A DNA stretch of 64,000 nt from Meyerozyma guilliermondii (Eukaryota), in NCBI GenBank assembly GCA_051546255.1, contig CP128817.1:310001-374000 (forward strand). Direction: 5' to 3'. The notes under the pieces are model-generated. The model did no database searches. It saw only the letters and a list, made by a program, of their open reading frames with translations, and was not told where the DNA came from. Below are positions 1 to 10,644 of this stretch, in pieces (the first letter of the stretch is position 1; every line of letters begins with the position of its first letter). The position numbers and the translations under genes were made by a program.

Positions 1-1122
1 TTCACCATTTACAGTTCTGAAGTATGGTTGACACCTCCAATAAGGTACAGTCTTGTAGGCACCTCCCCAATCTTGTACTTCTCCAGTAGTAATGACATCT
101 TTCTCTTTGATTTTTTCATCAGTATAAATGTCTTGTACCAATTTTTCAACCTGTTCAACAATATCTTCCCAATTCTTGATATCAGCATGGACACTGGTTC
201 TACCGATTACTGGTCTGAGTTCCTTATGAACGTTCAAAAATGCATGCAATATTTTAAAGAAGTGAGCCTTCATGGCGTGTTTGGATGCTTCTCCCGCACA
301 AGACTTGACAATTTCAAAGTATTCTCTCAATAGTTTATCGACTCGAGGAAACTGCTTGTCGATATTATCTGTCTTTGTCCAGAAAACACCTGGATTGTAC
401 AAGTTTCCTTCAGCAGACATCACGGCATCGGCTCCCGTTTCTTCGCGGCATCTTTGGAGATCACTGGGATACAAAATGTTCCCGTTTGCAAAGAAAACTT
501 GATCCTTGGGAAGGTTATCGCGCAAGTACTTGAGCACTTTCCAGTTGGCTAAACCGGTGGCTTGGCCCTTCATGTCTCTAGTACGGCCATGAACGGTAAT
601 GAACTGGGCCCCGGCATCCAAAACCATCTTTGCGTATGCCAAGGACTTTTCCCAATCATCATAAACTCTAATTTTGGCAGTCACTGGACACTTTAAATTA
701 TCGTGAAGAGTTCGAATTAACTTGTGCACCAAATCCCAATCGTCCATCAAGAACGCTCCATATTTCCCTTTCTTGGCGATTCCTTGCGGACATCCCAAGT
801 TCAAGTCTACGGCATCACACTTGTCTTCTACAAGCTTGGCTGCTTCTAGCAAATAATTTGGGTCATTGGCACAAAATTGAACTATCAATGGACGATCGAG
901 TTCTCGATCACCGTCTTGTTCTGACCACATATTTTGCCTGTATTTCTCTTCTGTGGCAAATAAACGGGCATGGAACATGGGGGTATAGCATAATTCTGCT
1001 CCGTATCTTCGAGAGATGATTCTCCATGCCAACTCTGACTGATCCACCATTGGCGCTACGATAGTTGTCGGGCGGCCAATAGCCTCAAATAGTTCACGAC
1101 CCTTAAGCTTGTTTTGTGTCAT
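1..1122 (-). CDS. DUS1: tRNA-dihydrouridine(16/17) synthase, 3' end runs off the window
   Basis: Not in the ORF track. Manual reverse translation from ATG 1122: MTQNKLKGRELFEAIGRPTTIVAPMVDQSELAWR...TPMFHARLF...QFCAND...DLNLGCPQGIAKKGKYGAFL...VHGR (Dus family motifs). Lies beside TDA9, as in S. cerevisiae. Confidence 0.93.
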   Translation of the reverse strand, partial: MTQNKLKGRELFEAIGRPTTIVAPMVDQSELAWRIISRRYGAELCYTPMFHARLFATEEKYRQNMWSEQDGDRELDRPLIVQFCANDPNYLLEAAKLVEDKCDAVDLNLGCPQGIAKKGKYGAFLMDDWDLVHKLIRTLHDNLKCPVTAKIRVYDDWEKSLAYAKMVLDAGAQFITVHGRTRDMKGQATGLANWKVLKYLRDNLPKDQVFFANGNILYPSDLQRCREETGADAVMSAEGNLYNPGVFWTKTDNIDKQFPRVDKLLREYFEIVKSCAGEASKHAMKAHFFKILHAFLNVHKELRPVIGRTSVHADIKNWEDIVEQVEKLVQDIYTDEKIKEKDVITTGEVQDWGGAYKTVPYWRCQPYFRTVNGE

Positions 1123-1279
1123 GGTAGCCAATCCTCTGACAAATTTTTGGGTCCAGATTCGAGGTATTATTGTGGTCTAGGTATATTGCAAATAGTTTCT
1201 TTTGGATTTTTTTTCTGATGAGCGCTGAGAATCTTACATGTGGCTGCAACATAAAATGCGTTAAAAATACAATAAATAG

Positions 1280-4200
1280 TTATTTGGTCCTTGAGAGATG
1301 GGATATACGGTTTTTGAGGGCTTCGGCTAACGTCACTGCCATGGGCCATACAGGGGCATCCGCGAGTATTCGAACACCAAGTGCCAACGATCTCAAAGAG
1401 AGCTTGGTGGCTCTGATTGATGCCAAGATTGTTTCCGAGTCCGAGCCTTGTTCCACCAACTTACGCACCGGTAAAACCTTTGATGCATCGACCGAATGCT
1501 CTCTGATGAATTCGGCATAGAAGGCATCGTCTCTGATTGGTGCTAATACTTGTTCAACTTCGTTTAAAAGTGACTCACACAGAATCCACAAAACCTGATC
1601 ACGGGCCCGTACGTTAGCGGCCCTTGATTCAAGTTCGAGCTTCAGCACGTACTGAGAAACGAAAATTATAGCAAAGAATGCACATGTAACGAAAAATACT
1701 GGAGTCCTTAAAGATGTCCTCTTCGCATCGTTAACCACGGAAATGTTCTGCGTCCATATCCGAAGGGTATCCAATGCATACTCAGTACATTCTTTCAAGC
1801 TGTCAATATCATAGTCGTCACGATCGAGGATGACATTGAACCCTGCCCATTCTTTTGCAATCACCTTTTCCATTATGGGTCTAAAATTGAAACAAAGTCT
1901 CATCTTGGCATACCCATGTAATGGCAATATCAATTTGAACGAGCTCTGTGCGTGAAGCATGTGGTTGTTATGCTTGTTAACAGATAAGATGCCACCATTT
2001 TTTATGAAAAGTGCTTCCCACGATCTGATGAGCGATTCGAGTTTGGGTCTCGATGACAATCGCCATTTTGTATCATCGACTGTTCCTTGCTTAGACTGCT
2101 CCTCTTCAATAACCTCATGGACATACATGATCAATGACAAAAGACTATTGAAAGGAATTTTGCTGTCACTGTAATGGTCGTTCAATTCCTTAATCAATAC
2201 TTTGAACAGCTCGCCATTGCTCAACTCGACTATTGATTTATTGTTCCCATGAATGGCATCAAGCCATCGACTTGAATTTTGGCAGTTCCATAAATTTTCT
2301 GGACAACAATGTGTTCCACAATCAATGGCTTGAGCAGGTAAAACTTTTTTATCCATCATGATCGATGCGCGGAACATCTGAAGCATGTAAAAGACGTATA
2401 AGGTACGAATACGTGATTGGGCCATGACAAAGTAATCAAAGTTTTGCTGAATCAAAGTCGAGTTGCTCTCTGGGGTAGCAGTCTCTGGGGGAACCAAAAA
2501 CCTCTCAAGGGGTTTGTTGAAGTTCGTAGACTGAATCAAACCCGCCATAGCTCGGATTTGTCTTGAGCTGACTTCGACCATATTGGGTTCGTTTAAGAAA
2601 AGTGTTATGAATATATGCAAAACCAAGCATTGATGGGCCATTAATGGCACTTTTTTAAAGTGGAAGCTATCTTGCCCTATTTCGTTTTCAAAAAACTTTT
2701 GGATATGAAACTTTGACAAGTTGAACAACAACAAAGAATTCGAATCGTGGTATGAGTATAATGCTCCAATGGATCCCATAGCTAATAAAAGTGGGGTGTT
2801 ATCGAAGTTGTCAACCATAGGGTTTTTGAAGCTTGGCAAATGGATGAAGGGAAAGTATTTGTTGAATTCAGCCTCGTACAAGTTCAAATAACTATTCAAA
2901 TCTTGAAGAGGTGGAAATTGTAGGTCCGTGAGGTTGCTGACAAGTATAATTCGATTTCTCAATTCTTCGGTGATGTACTGTGGATTGGCTTCGCTTATCG
3001 AGAATACAAAATCAATATCGTGCTCATTCTTAGGAAGTGATCCATTTTTTTCAGAGTCCATTTGTTTCAGTAGGTCCACTTGGCGAGACCTGAAGAGCGC
3101 AGAAACGTCTCCACGTAAATACAGCGAGTCGTCACTCCTTGGGGAGTCTGTAAATCCAATATGGCGTGAAGCAGTGGGAAGGTTCTTCTCGAAAGGAGTT
3201 TTCAATATTTCTTCTAACCAATCATCATTTTGATTTTGGAGCTCATCAGTTTCCTGCGGCATGGAAGTCGAAGATTCTTGGGATTTTTTAAGTCTTTTGA
3301 TTGTAATGCCGGTGTCATCTAGGTCAAAATCTTGTTTTATGCTGAGATGATTTTCTACTTCGTCGTTGATTTTGTTGGGTGGATTCATTCCGAATTCAAA
3401 CGGCGTTGTTCCCTTTATATGATGAGGGTGGTTGGGGTCTTGAAACTGATGTGACGCAACCATTGAGTCGAAGTAGGCGGGAATATTCGTGTACAGCCCG
3501 TTACTAGTTTTCAATTCATCGAAGCCACCGGGGTAGCTTTTGCTAAGCTCAAGCGTATCGATGTTGTTCCAATCCAAACCTGCCGAGTTTACATCATTTA
3601 AAAAGCCCTTAGAGGAAAGCTCTGCAGCCGACAATTGCGGAGTTGCAAAACCGACATGAGACGGACCTTGAGAGAGGTTGTTATTCTGCTGTATTTCTGC
3701 CGCGTCGTGTCTATTGGTATACGAAGTAGACGATGCGGCAGAAAATGAAGCGTGACGAGCATGAACGTCGTTCAGCTGATGGTAATACAGCATGTTCCCG
3801 CGCTGAATATTGTTGAACTGTTTTGGCATCGGTTTTGAAGTGGGAAAATTACCATTTTGAGAGGAGTATTGGTTAACTGGAGAGTCGCCATTTTGTGGAG
3901 ATGTATGTTGTGGGTGGCCATTTTGCTGATGTGCAACTGTGTATAGGTTGGACGCATTTGGAGGAGTATTTTGCGACGAGTTGGTGGGGATTGGCGACGG
4001 CATAAGATTCATTCCTACGAGGGAGTTCATACCAGGATCACTTCCGGGGCGTATTTGCTGCTGTTTCGACGAGTTTGGTGCACCACTATTGAAAACTGAC
4101 GTCCGAAAATGAGGTCCCTTGTCGTTGGTAGTCATCTTTGGTGGTGATACTAGTTGAGGTTGCATGGGAGACATATGGCTGGCAACGAGATTGGTGAATG

Positions 4201-4609
4201 GAGAAGATGTGGCCAGCGATGGAGGAAGCGGGGCATTTGCGTTGGTGTTGTTATCTAGTATTATTATGTTTTCGTTGGATTCAAGGTCCTTGGCAGAATT
4301 TCGACGGGGAGTAGTGGCCGAGAGACTGGTATGTAATTTTTGTTGGTGCCGCAACACCAAGTCTCTTCTGGCGAAACAACGACCACACGCTGCACATTGG
4401 AACGGCTTTTCATTGGTATGAGACCTTTCATGGCGTTTGAGGTGCTCAAGCCGGGCAAAGGCTCGCGTGCATACGGAACATATATGAGGTCTTGGTTTAT
4501 CAGTTTTTATCTGTTGAGATTTTTTGGGAATTGGTTGCAGAGCCAACGAGTCTGGCGGGGATTCACTGATCAGTGGCGATTTGTCAACCTCGCTGGAACT
4601 CATAGACAT
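1280..4609 (-). CDS. C2H2 zinc-finger transcription factor with fungal TF domain, Tda9/Rsf2(Zms1)-like
   Basis: Two Adr1-type fingers, CSVCTRAFARLEHLKRHERSH and CAACGRCFARRDLVLRHQQKLH, plus a C-terminal FNKYFPFIHLPSF fungal TF domain. Confidence 0.88.
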   Translation of the reverse strand: MSMSSSEVDKSPLISESPPDSLALQPIPKKSQQIKTDKPRPHICSVCTRAFARLEHLKRHERSHTNEKPFQCAACGRCFARRDLVLRHQQKLHTSLSATTPRRNSAKDLESNENIIILDNNTNANAPLPPSLATSSPFTNLVASHMSPMQPQLVSPPKMTTNDKGPHFRTSVFNSGAPNSSKQQQIRPGSDPGMNSLVGMNLMPSPIPTNSSQNTPPNASNLYTVAHQQNGHPQHTSPQNGDSPVNQYSSQNGNFPTSKPMPKQFNNIQRGNMLYYHQLNDVHARHASFSAASSTSYTNRHDAAEIQQNNNLSQGPSHVGFATPQLSAAELSSKGFLNDVNSAGLDWNNIDTLELSKSYPGGFDELKTSNGLYTNIPAYFDSMVASHQFQDPNHPHHIKGTTPFEFGMNPPNKINDEVENHLSIKQDFDLDDTGITIKRLKKSQESSTSMPQETDELQNQNDDWLEEILKTPFEKNLPTASRHIGFTDSPRSDDSLYLRGDVSALFRSRQVDLLKQMDSEKNGSLPKNEHDIDFVFSISEANPQYITEELRNRIILVSNLTDLQFPPLQDLNSYLNLYEAEFNKYFPFIHLPSFKNPMVDNFDNTPLLLAMGSIGALYSYHDSNSLLLFNLSKFHIQKFFENEIGQDSFHFKKVPLMAHQCLVLHIFITLFLNEPNMVEVSSRQIRAMAGLIQSTNFNKPLERFLVPPETATPESNSTLIQQNFDYFVMAQSRIRTLYVFYMLQMFRASIMMDKKVLPAQAIDCGTHCCPENLWNCQNSSRWLDAIHGNNKSIVELSNGELFKVLIKELNDHYSDSKIPFNSLLSLIMYVHEVIEEEQSKQGTVDDTKWRLSSRPKLESLIRSWEALFIKNGGILSVNKHNNHMLHAQSSFKLILPLHGYAKMRLCFNFRPIMEKVIAKEWAGFNVILDRDDYDIDSLKECTEYALDTLRIWTQNISVVNDAKRTSLRTPVFFVTCAFFAIIFVSQYVLKLELESRAANVRARDQVLWILCESLLNEVEQVLAPIRDDAFYAEFIREHSVDASKVLPVRKLVEQGSDSETILASIRATKLSLRSLALGVRILADAPVWPMAVTLAEALKNRISHLSRTK

Positions 4610-5250
4610 CGATAGTAGTTCTTGGCGGCGAATTAAACGGAGATAATGTGGTTAACGTCAGGTAAAAATTCTCGATGCTGATTGAATAATATACAAGAGT
4701 CTTTGGAGTAAAGTGTCAAGTGGTCGCCGGAAAGGCACAGTTGTGGGGTATATGTGTGGAAGTGTACGGCGCGTTGGTCCACTACTATGATATGAGTGGT
4801 AATCGCCAATTACGCAGCAAGGGCTTGTCACAAAAAAAAACCAACATAAAGGCTGCGACACGAAAAATGTCGTTTCGGAGTTTCCACGATAGGACGTAGT
4901 TTTACGAGAACCGAGATATGAAATTGTGGGGTAAGAAACAAGTCTAAGACAGCACTAGAGAAGTAGGGTGGTTAAGAGAGTTGCTATATTCGGGCTATTC
5001 GAAGGTTTTACCACATTGATGCTTTATGCTATTGATAACTACATCTTGGTAATCTGCAGGCTACCGATCGTCGGACTTTTGGCCCGGGGAAGCGTTCGAC
5101 CGAGTTTTCCATAAAGTTAAGCTGACAATTTTGGTTGGTATAATATGTGCCCACTATATTTCTACGGCCGTTATCATCTTATTCGGTGACTTTTTTATCG
5201 AAAAGTCCAGATTTTTTCTGTTATAACCGACTCCAATCAAACCGAAAATT

Positions 5251-5268
5251 AAGCCCGGTGCCGGGCTT
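5251..5268. promoter_or_regulatory. Perfect palindrome AAGCCCGG-TG-CCGGGCTT containing CCGGNNCCGG (Leu3-type Zn2Cys6 site)
   Basis: Seen directly in the divergent TDA9-like/ALG13 intergenic region. Function is inferred. Confidence 0.35.
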
Positions 5269-5507
5269 TGGCGCCGTGCTCCGGCCCGAACCTGTGTCCA
5301 TGCATACCGCCCTTAGTTTCACATTTCAGAAGCTCAAAGTAACAGTATTTGGTTAGTTACCTCCTCTTCGGATATAACGGTATTGTGAACCGTTTTAGAG
5401 TCCTGTTCGTCAAAACGTCGTTTCCTTGGCCCTATCGTTATGAGTGTTGTCACGTGATGAAATCTGGGGAGACGAAATGCGATCTGCAGGAACAGCCTCC
5501 AAACTCA

Positions 5508-6116
5508 ATGGCTACCGTTTTGGTCACCACTGGGGCCACCGTTACATTCAGAGAATTGATCTCATATGTATGTCTGGTTGAATGTGTTTCAAAGCTTGCT
5601 AGACTAGGAGTAAGAAAGTTGGTTGTTCAATATGGCAATGAGATTGGAAAATCCGGCGACCATATCAGTCGTGGTCACTTTGAAAAATCAGTGACATCTT
5701 TAGAGGCCTCAGGATTCAAGCGTGAAGGTGAGCTTTCAGACGACGAAATTGTCTTGGAGTCGGAATCCATGAACGTATTAGCATTTCCTTTCACTCACGA
5801 TATTCTTTCACATATAGAAACGGCCGACATAATAGTATCTCACGCCGGAACGGGGTCAATCATTGATGTGTTGCGTCTAAAGAAGAATTTGGTTGTTGTC
5901 ACCAACGACTCTCTCTTGGACAATCATCAGCTTGAAGTGGCACTGATGATGGCCAAGGAAGGGTATTTGATCGATTGCACTTTGGAGGAAATGAGAAGTG
6001 GAAAATTAGTTGAGAGTATTGGTAACATAATTCTGGGGAAAGCAAACTTCAATGCGCTTCCAGAACCTGAGGATGGTACAGTGGAGACTGTAATTGTGGA
6101 AGAGTTGTTAGGATGA
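5508..6116 (+). CDS. ALG13: UDP-GlcNAc transferase catalytic subunit
   Basis: MATVLVTTGATVTF, VQYG, IVSHAGTGSIIDVLR and NDSLLDNHQLE (GT28 C-terminal motifs). Start moved from TTG 5349 to ATG 5508. Confidence 0.92.
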   Translation: MATVLVTTGATVTFRELISYVCLVECVSKLARLGVRKLVVQYGNEIGKSGDHISRGHFEKSVTSLEASGFKREGELSDDEIVLESESMNVLAFPFTHDILSHIETADIIVSHAGTGSIIDVLRLKKNLVVVTNDSLLDNHQLEVALMMAKEGYLIDCTLEEMRSGKLVESIGNIILGKANFNALPEPEDGTVETVIVEELLG

Positions 6117-6520
6117 GAGACTTTGAAAACTTTACTGCTCAAAAATGGGTTCCAACAGTGCTGGCCACCTGGACTTTAGAACTCAGTACTTTGACTTCAG
6201 CTCCAATTTTAGTGTTTTTAAGCTCACTGAAGGTCACTGCAACTCTCTTGAGTACCTAAGTCTGCTCCAAGTGTTATCTGATCATTGAGTAACAAGATGC
6301 AAATTAGATTCAAGACGATAACTAACCCATGCTATTTCGGGTTAAGAACCTTCAAGCCCTTCAATGTCAAACCATTCCAGTCGAAAGCCACTCTTTATTG
6401 TGTATGCCATTTCACAACCAACACCATTCCATCCGTACTTATTTGTCTCTCACTCACAGCCATACTTCATCTTTCTGAGTCGCGCGAATTCATCTTCATC
6501 TTCATCTCAATATCAACCTC

Positions 6521-7081
6521 ATGTCCTACGATAATCAATATTCAGGTCGTAATACACCTTATACCTCGTACACCACGTATCCAGGGTCCCACCTGAGCCA
6601 GTACCCCAGTCTGTATTCTAGCTATCCCAGCTACAGCCAATATTCATCACAGCTTCGTCGTCGTAGAAAACAACGATATTTCACCAAGGACATTGAAGAC
6701 CTTTTATATGCTCTTGGAGATGGTCCATACCCCTCTGAAGAAACTGCTAATGCCCTTGATGACACCTTAACCGAGTACTTGGGTGATTTATGTTACGCTA
6801 CACAACAATACGCACGAGCTCATGGACGAAATCGAGTCAAGATGGATGATTTTCCGTTTGCTTTACGCAATGATCCACTCAAAGAAGCCCGGTTTGAACA
6901 TATCATCAAGCAGAAACAAAAGATTGAACGGGACAGAAAAATGTATGATCATGATACCTACGTTAAAGAAATGGAAAATGCCGAAAAGAAGAAACGAGGA
7001 CCCAAGAAAAGAGGAAGAAAGCCCAAGAAGCAAGTTGAAAACGACGATGAGGACGACGACGAAGAAGAGAATGACGATTGA
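6521..7081 (+). CDS. TAF13: TFIID subunit 13
   Basis: Histone-fold FTKDIEDLLYALGD...RVKMDDFPFALRNDPLK, with a basic/acidic tail. Confidence 0.92.
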   Translation: MSYDNQYSGRNTPYTSYTTYPGSHLSQYPSLYSSYPSYSQYSSQLRRRRKQRYFTKDIEDLLYALGDGPYPSEETANALDDTLTEYLGDLCYATQQYARAHGRNRVKMDDFPFALRNDPLKEARFEHIIKQKQKIERDRKMYDHDTYVKEMENAEKKKRGPKKRGRKPKKQVENDDEDDDEEENDD

Positions 7082-7119
7082 AAGCAGAAATGTGTATTTT
7101 TTACTATATATAAATATCT

Positions 7120-10100
7120 TTAATCATCATTGTCATTGATAATAGCCCTTCCCCGAACATATTTTTCATTCCTAACCTGGTCGGATATCGAATGGTAAAA
7201 CTGTCTCAAAAAGACCAGCGCTTTAGCAGCTGTGAATATTGCCAACAGTACGGCCCATACCTTTATGGTATTGAAAACACCGAAAGTATTAGGAAACGAG
7301 GTTGCGAGCATTCTAATGAATACAGCTGATCCGTGTAATTCAATAAAATTCACCAACACATCCCTCAACCCTGACCGCTTGAAGCATTCGGACCATGTAA
7401 GACGGTTCAAGTTTCCGATACGCAAGTCCACAGTGAAACAGGTAACAAACGGTACAACGGTGACAAATCCAGCAAGAAAGTGGAAGAATATGGTTTCCTT
7501 CGTGAGGAGAAAATCGGTGAATTGCTCTCGATAAATTTCCGAAGGATCTATGATTCCATCGTAACTCTTGGCGACCAAGTCAATGCACAATTTGTGAACT
7601 GAGACAATCCAAAGTGCCCAGACAAATGATGACAATGAATACACAGCCAATGGGAATATTGTTCCACCACCCACCCAGGGCATAAGATCCATGAATAGGG
7701 CATTGTTATTTTCAGCAGCGTCTGCAAACTGGTCAGCCTCGACTGGCTCTGCATTTGTCTCATCGACAATATGCAATCTCTTGTTTTTTCTGATATTCCA
7801 AAACTTCAACAAGAAAAGCTCCATTTTCAAGCCAAGGAAGATGGACAATAAATCAGCATTAAAGTGGCTCAATATGGGCGCTTCACTTTTCAAAACCGTA
7901 GAAGCAAACGTTTTAATGCTTATAGCTTCTGTTAATAGCTTCCCGATGATCAACGAAGAGAATATAACACTTATAATCAAGAACGCTGAGAAGAGCCACA
8001 CGAAGAACACCAAGCCAAAACACCTAAGCTTGAAATAAGGTGGCCTGTAAACGATTGTATGGGTATTGTCATTCACCACCTCTTCATCTGATGAATCGGA
8101 ATTAAATTCTTCTTCTGGATTATTAACTTCAATCTCTCTGAGTAACTTATCATCCTTAGTCACCGGCACGAACATTTTTTTGATAAATTTCCGAGATATC
8201 GTGTCGTTGTCCGGAGCCCTCACATAACTGCCGTCAGGAACAAACAACGCATCAACATTTTGCTCTTTGAAAATTATTTGTGCGTCTCTATATGTCACAG
8301 GACGCGAGTAATCTGGCTGGGCAGTACCTTTAATTTTAACAAAGAGGTTTCTGTAAGCAACATAACCTCTTTCCTGTGCGACTGGTCTACCAAGAATGAA
8401 ATGTGACAAACGCAACTTGTGAGCAGAAACGTCAAACACTCGTTTCCAATATTGCAAGCAAAATTTGGTATACGTTCGCTTACTGAAATAGATATCGGCA
8501 GCATCCACAGCAGCCACTAGTATCGTGTTGGCGGACGTATACTTCAAGGGAAGCATTATATTATCAACCTTGTAAATGTAGGCCAAAAATAATCTGATGC
8601 CCCAAGTTATGCCGCCAATACCAAGAATGATGAAACAAGTGTAAACCTTTGCACTTAGGAAAATACGAGACATTTGAAGCGATAATGGCTTCACTAATGC
8701 GTCATGGATCAACCGGGTATTAGGATCATCTGGGGATCGAATGAAGAACAAAACTCCAGGTCTCAAAATTTTGCTTCTTACCATTCCAACAAAAAGGGCG
8801 AAGAAAAGCATATACAAAGTACCCAAAGCCCAGAATATGAAAAGACGAATGTAGTGGGTCTGAAGTACTGGCTGACTTGAGGTGAATAATATGTTCAACA
8901 TTTGTCCTTCACTACTCTTGAATGAGTCGAGGAATAACGGAGCTATGCAAATGTCAAGAAGCCAGCCGCAATAGACAGGGAAAAAGAACATTTCAATGGC
9001 AAATATAAGGAAAACTTTGGCGGTAGTAGTCACTTCGAAAAGAACCTTATAAACTTTCCTCGAGGCGCCTACCAATGGCTTACCACCGCTTGCCATACTA
9101 TTCATGAATTTGCAAATGATGAAAAAGATTGAAGCGTAACCCACGACAAGGAATGTGGTCCTTTCTATTAATGTTGGGTGTGAAAATTCCTGGAGTATGA
9201 TCAAGCGCTCAAACTTGTTGGTTAGAGGGACCACAATCGAAGAGTTAAAGGTTTCGAAACCTACCCTTACCCATTCATTTTCTTTCGCATAGTGATCAGC
9301 CGTGGCAACCATGGTTTTAACAAAGGAAAGCTCTTGAACATAAGATGAAGCCTTGGTCAAGTAATAAGCTTTGGTCTCAGCGGCTCTCACTATGCTTGAA
9401 ATCAAGTAGAAAGTAAGGATGCCGAAAAGATGTGGAATAAGGTAGGAGAGAAATAGTAATAAAACGATGATTGCATTGCAAACTCCCATCACCAATATAG
9501 GGGCAGATAGGTTGAGGTTGAGGCCGAAAATCTCAAAGACATCGTTTGCGAGAGCTGCGTCATCAGCATTGTCATTTAAAATGTCAGCGTTATCTTGAGG
9601 TGGAATCAAATCTTCTTGTTCACCCTCAGAATCAGTGTCTTCGAGCTGCACGTTGTGTTCTGGATGGGCATTTTCTGCTCTTAGTTGGTCATTTGTTTCG
9701 TCAATGGCCCTTCTGAGCAACTGTCCTCGTTGGCCCAACTGGGGCTGTTCTTGTATATCATGAAGAGCACGAGCGATCATTTCCAACCGCTGCAAGTTTT
9801 CGTTTGCATTTTCGTCCCCTTCGGCGCTATCTGTTCGCAAACCTTGTAATGCTTGTTGGAGCATATCTACCAACTTTGCACGAGGTTCTTTTCCAATTCG
9901 TTTGACCAACATTTTGTTATAACCTTCATCACGCACAATCCATTCGTGTTCTACAAATATCGCAAGAAACACCACCACACACACGAACACATAGCGTATG
10001 CCACTGAAGTAGGTGTATTCCATAAACTTGCGAAACTTGAAAATTGAAAGTGCCATGGGCGTCAAGTTTTCGAGGTTGTAATTCAGAAAATTGAGTTCAC

Positions 10101-10521
10101 CAAAAAGCAATGCATTTATAAGGGTTGGATTTGATTGAGGTAAAGTCCCATCGATTGCCCACGTATATATTCGAGCCAGAAACTTCCAAAAGAGTGGGAT
10201 TTCAATGACTACGCACACGAAATACAAGAGGATCGACATGGCTCGGATGGCACCACTGGATGTCTTTTGGATAAGTTTTTGCCAAAGAAACGTAGTAGGG
10301 ATTCTTTGGGGCATGCTAGGGTCATAAATCGTCTTGAATTTGTAAGGAGTGTTGCAAATATCACATTTTTTTGTGGTTTTATTCGAATGCTTGAGCCATT
10401 CGAGCAAACAATCTTGATGAATATATCGAATCGAACCTCGACATTTACATGGATGCAAGAGAGGCTGTGACGTAGTAGCCTCGCCTCGACAAATCCGACA
10501 TGTCCGGTCGAGATCGCTCAT
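7120..10521 (-). CDS. SSM4: ERAD RING-CH E3 ubiquitin ligase Doa10
   Basis: N-terminal RINGv CRICRGE..PLLHPCKCRGSIRYIHQDCL, many TM segments, and TD-domain motifs (IEMFFFPVYCGWLLD, LRPGVLFFIR). Confidence 0.95.
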   Translation of the reverse strand: MSDLDRTCRICRGEATTSQPLLHPCKCRGSIRYIHQDCLLEWLKHSNKTTKKCDICNTPYKFKTIYDPSMPQRIPTTFLWQKLIQKTSSGAIRAMSILLYFVCVVIEIPLFWKFLARIYTWAIDGTLPQSNPTLINALLFGELNFLNYNLENLTPMALSIFKFRKFMEYTYFSGIRYVFVCVVVFLAIFVEHEWIVRDEGYNKMLVKRIGKEPRAKLVDMLQQALQGLRTDSAEGDENANENLQRLEMIARALHDIQEQPQLGQRGQLLRRAIDETNDQLRAENAHPEHNVQLEDTDSEGEQEDLIPPQDNADILNDNADDAALANDVFEIFGLNLNLSAPILVMGVCNAIIVLLLFLSYLIPHLFGILTFYLISSIVRAAETKAYYLTKASSYVQELSFVKTMVATADHYAKENEWVRVGFETFNSSIVVPLTNKFERLIILQEFSHPTLIERTTFLVVGYASIFFIICKFMNSMASGGKPLVGASRKVYKVLFEVTTTAKVFLIFAIEMFFFPVYCGWLLDICIAPLFLDSFKSSEGQMLNILFTSSQPVLQTHYIRLFIFWALGTLYMLFFALFVGMVRSKILRPGVLFFIRSPDDPNTRLIHDALVKPLSLQMSRIFLSAKVYTCFIILGIGGITWGIRLFLAYIYKVDNIMLPLKYTSANTILVAAVDAADIYFSKRTYTKFCLQYWKRVFDVSAHKLRLSHFILGRPVAQERGYVAYRNLFVKIKGTAQPDYSRPVTYRDAQIIFKEQNVDALFVPDGSYVRAPDNDTISRKFIKKMFVPVTKDDKLLREIEVNNPEEEFNSDSSDEEVVNDNTHTIVYRPPYFKLRCFGLVFFVWLFSAFLIISVIFSSLIIGKLLTEAISIKTFASTVLKSEAPILSHFNADLLSIFLGLKMELFLLKFWNIRKNKRLHIVDETNAEPVEADQFADAAENNNALFMDLMPWVGGGTIFPLAVYSLSSFVWALWIVSVHKLCIDLVAKSYDGIIDPSEIYREQFTDFLLTKETIFFHFLAGFVTVVPFVTCFTVDLRIGNLNRLTWSECFKRSGLRDVLVNFIELHGSAVFIRMLATSFPNTFGVFNTIKVWAVLLAIFTAAKALVFLRQFYHSISDQVRNEKYVRGRAIINDNDD

Positions 10522-10644
10522 ATTAACAAGTGGAATGATGAAACAAACTTGGATAGTCTTGGTCGTGGGATTGTTAATATATGCGAGAACAAAAAAGTTC
10601 GGCGGGTTACGTCATTAACTATGGCTGCGAAATACAGTATAAGG

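Noticed and set aside
5349..5507. N-terminal extensions from TTG/GTG starts (ALG13, CCT3, TIP20, FYV8, L2HGDH, TAF7)
   Set aside because: These are bacterial-style start calls. Homology begins at the downstream ATG.
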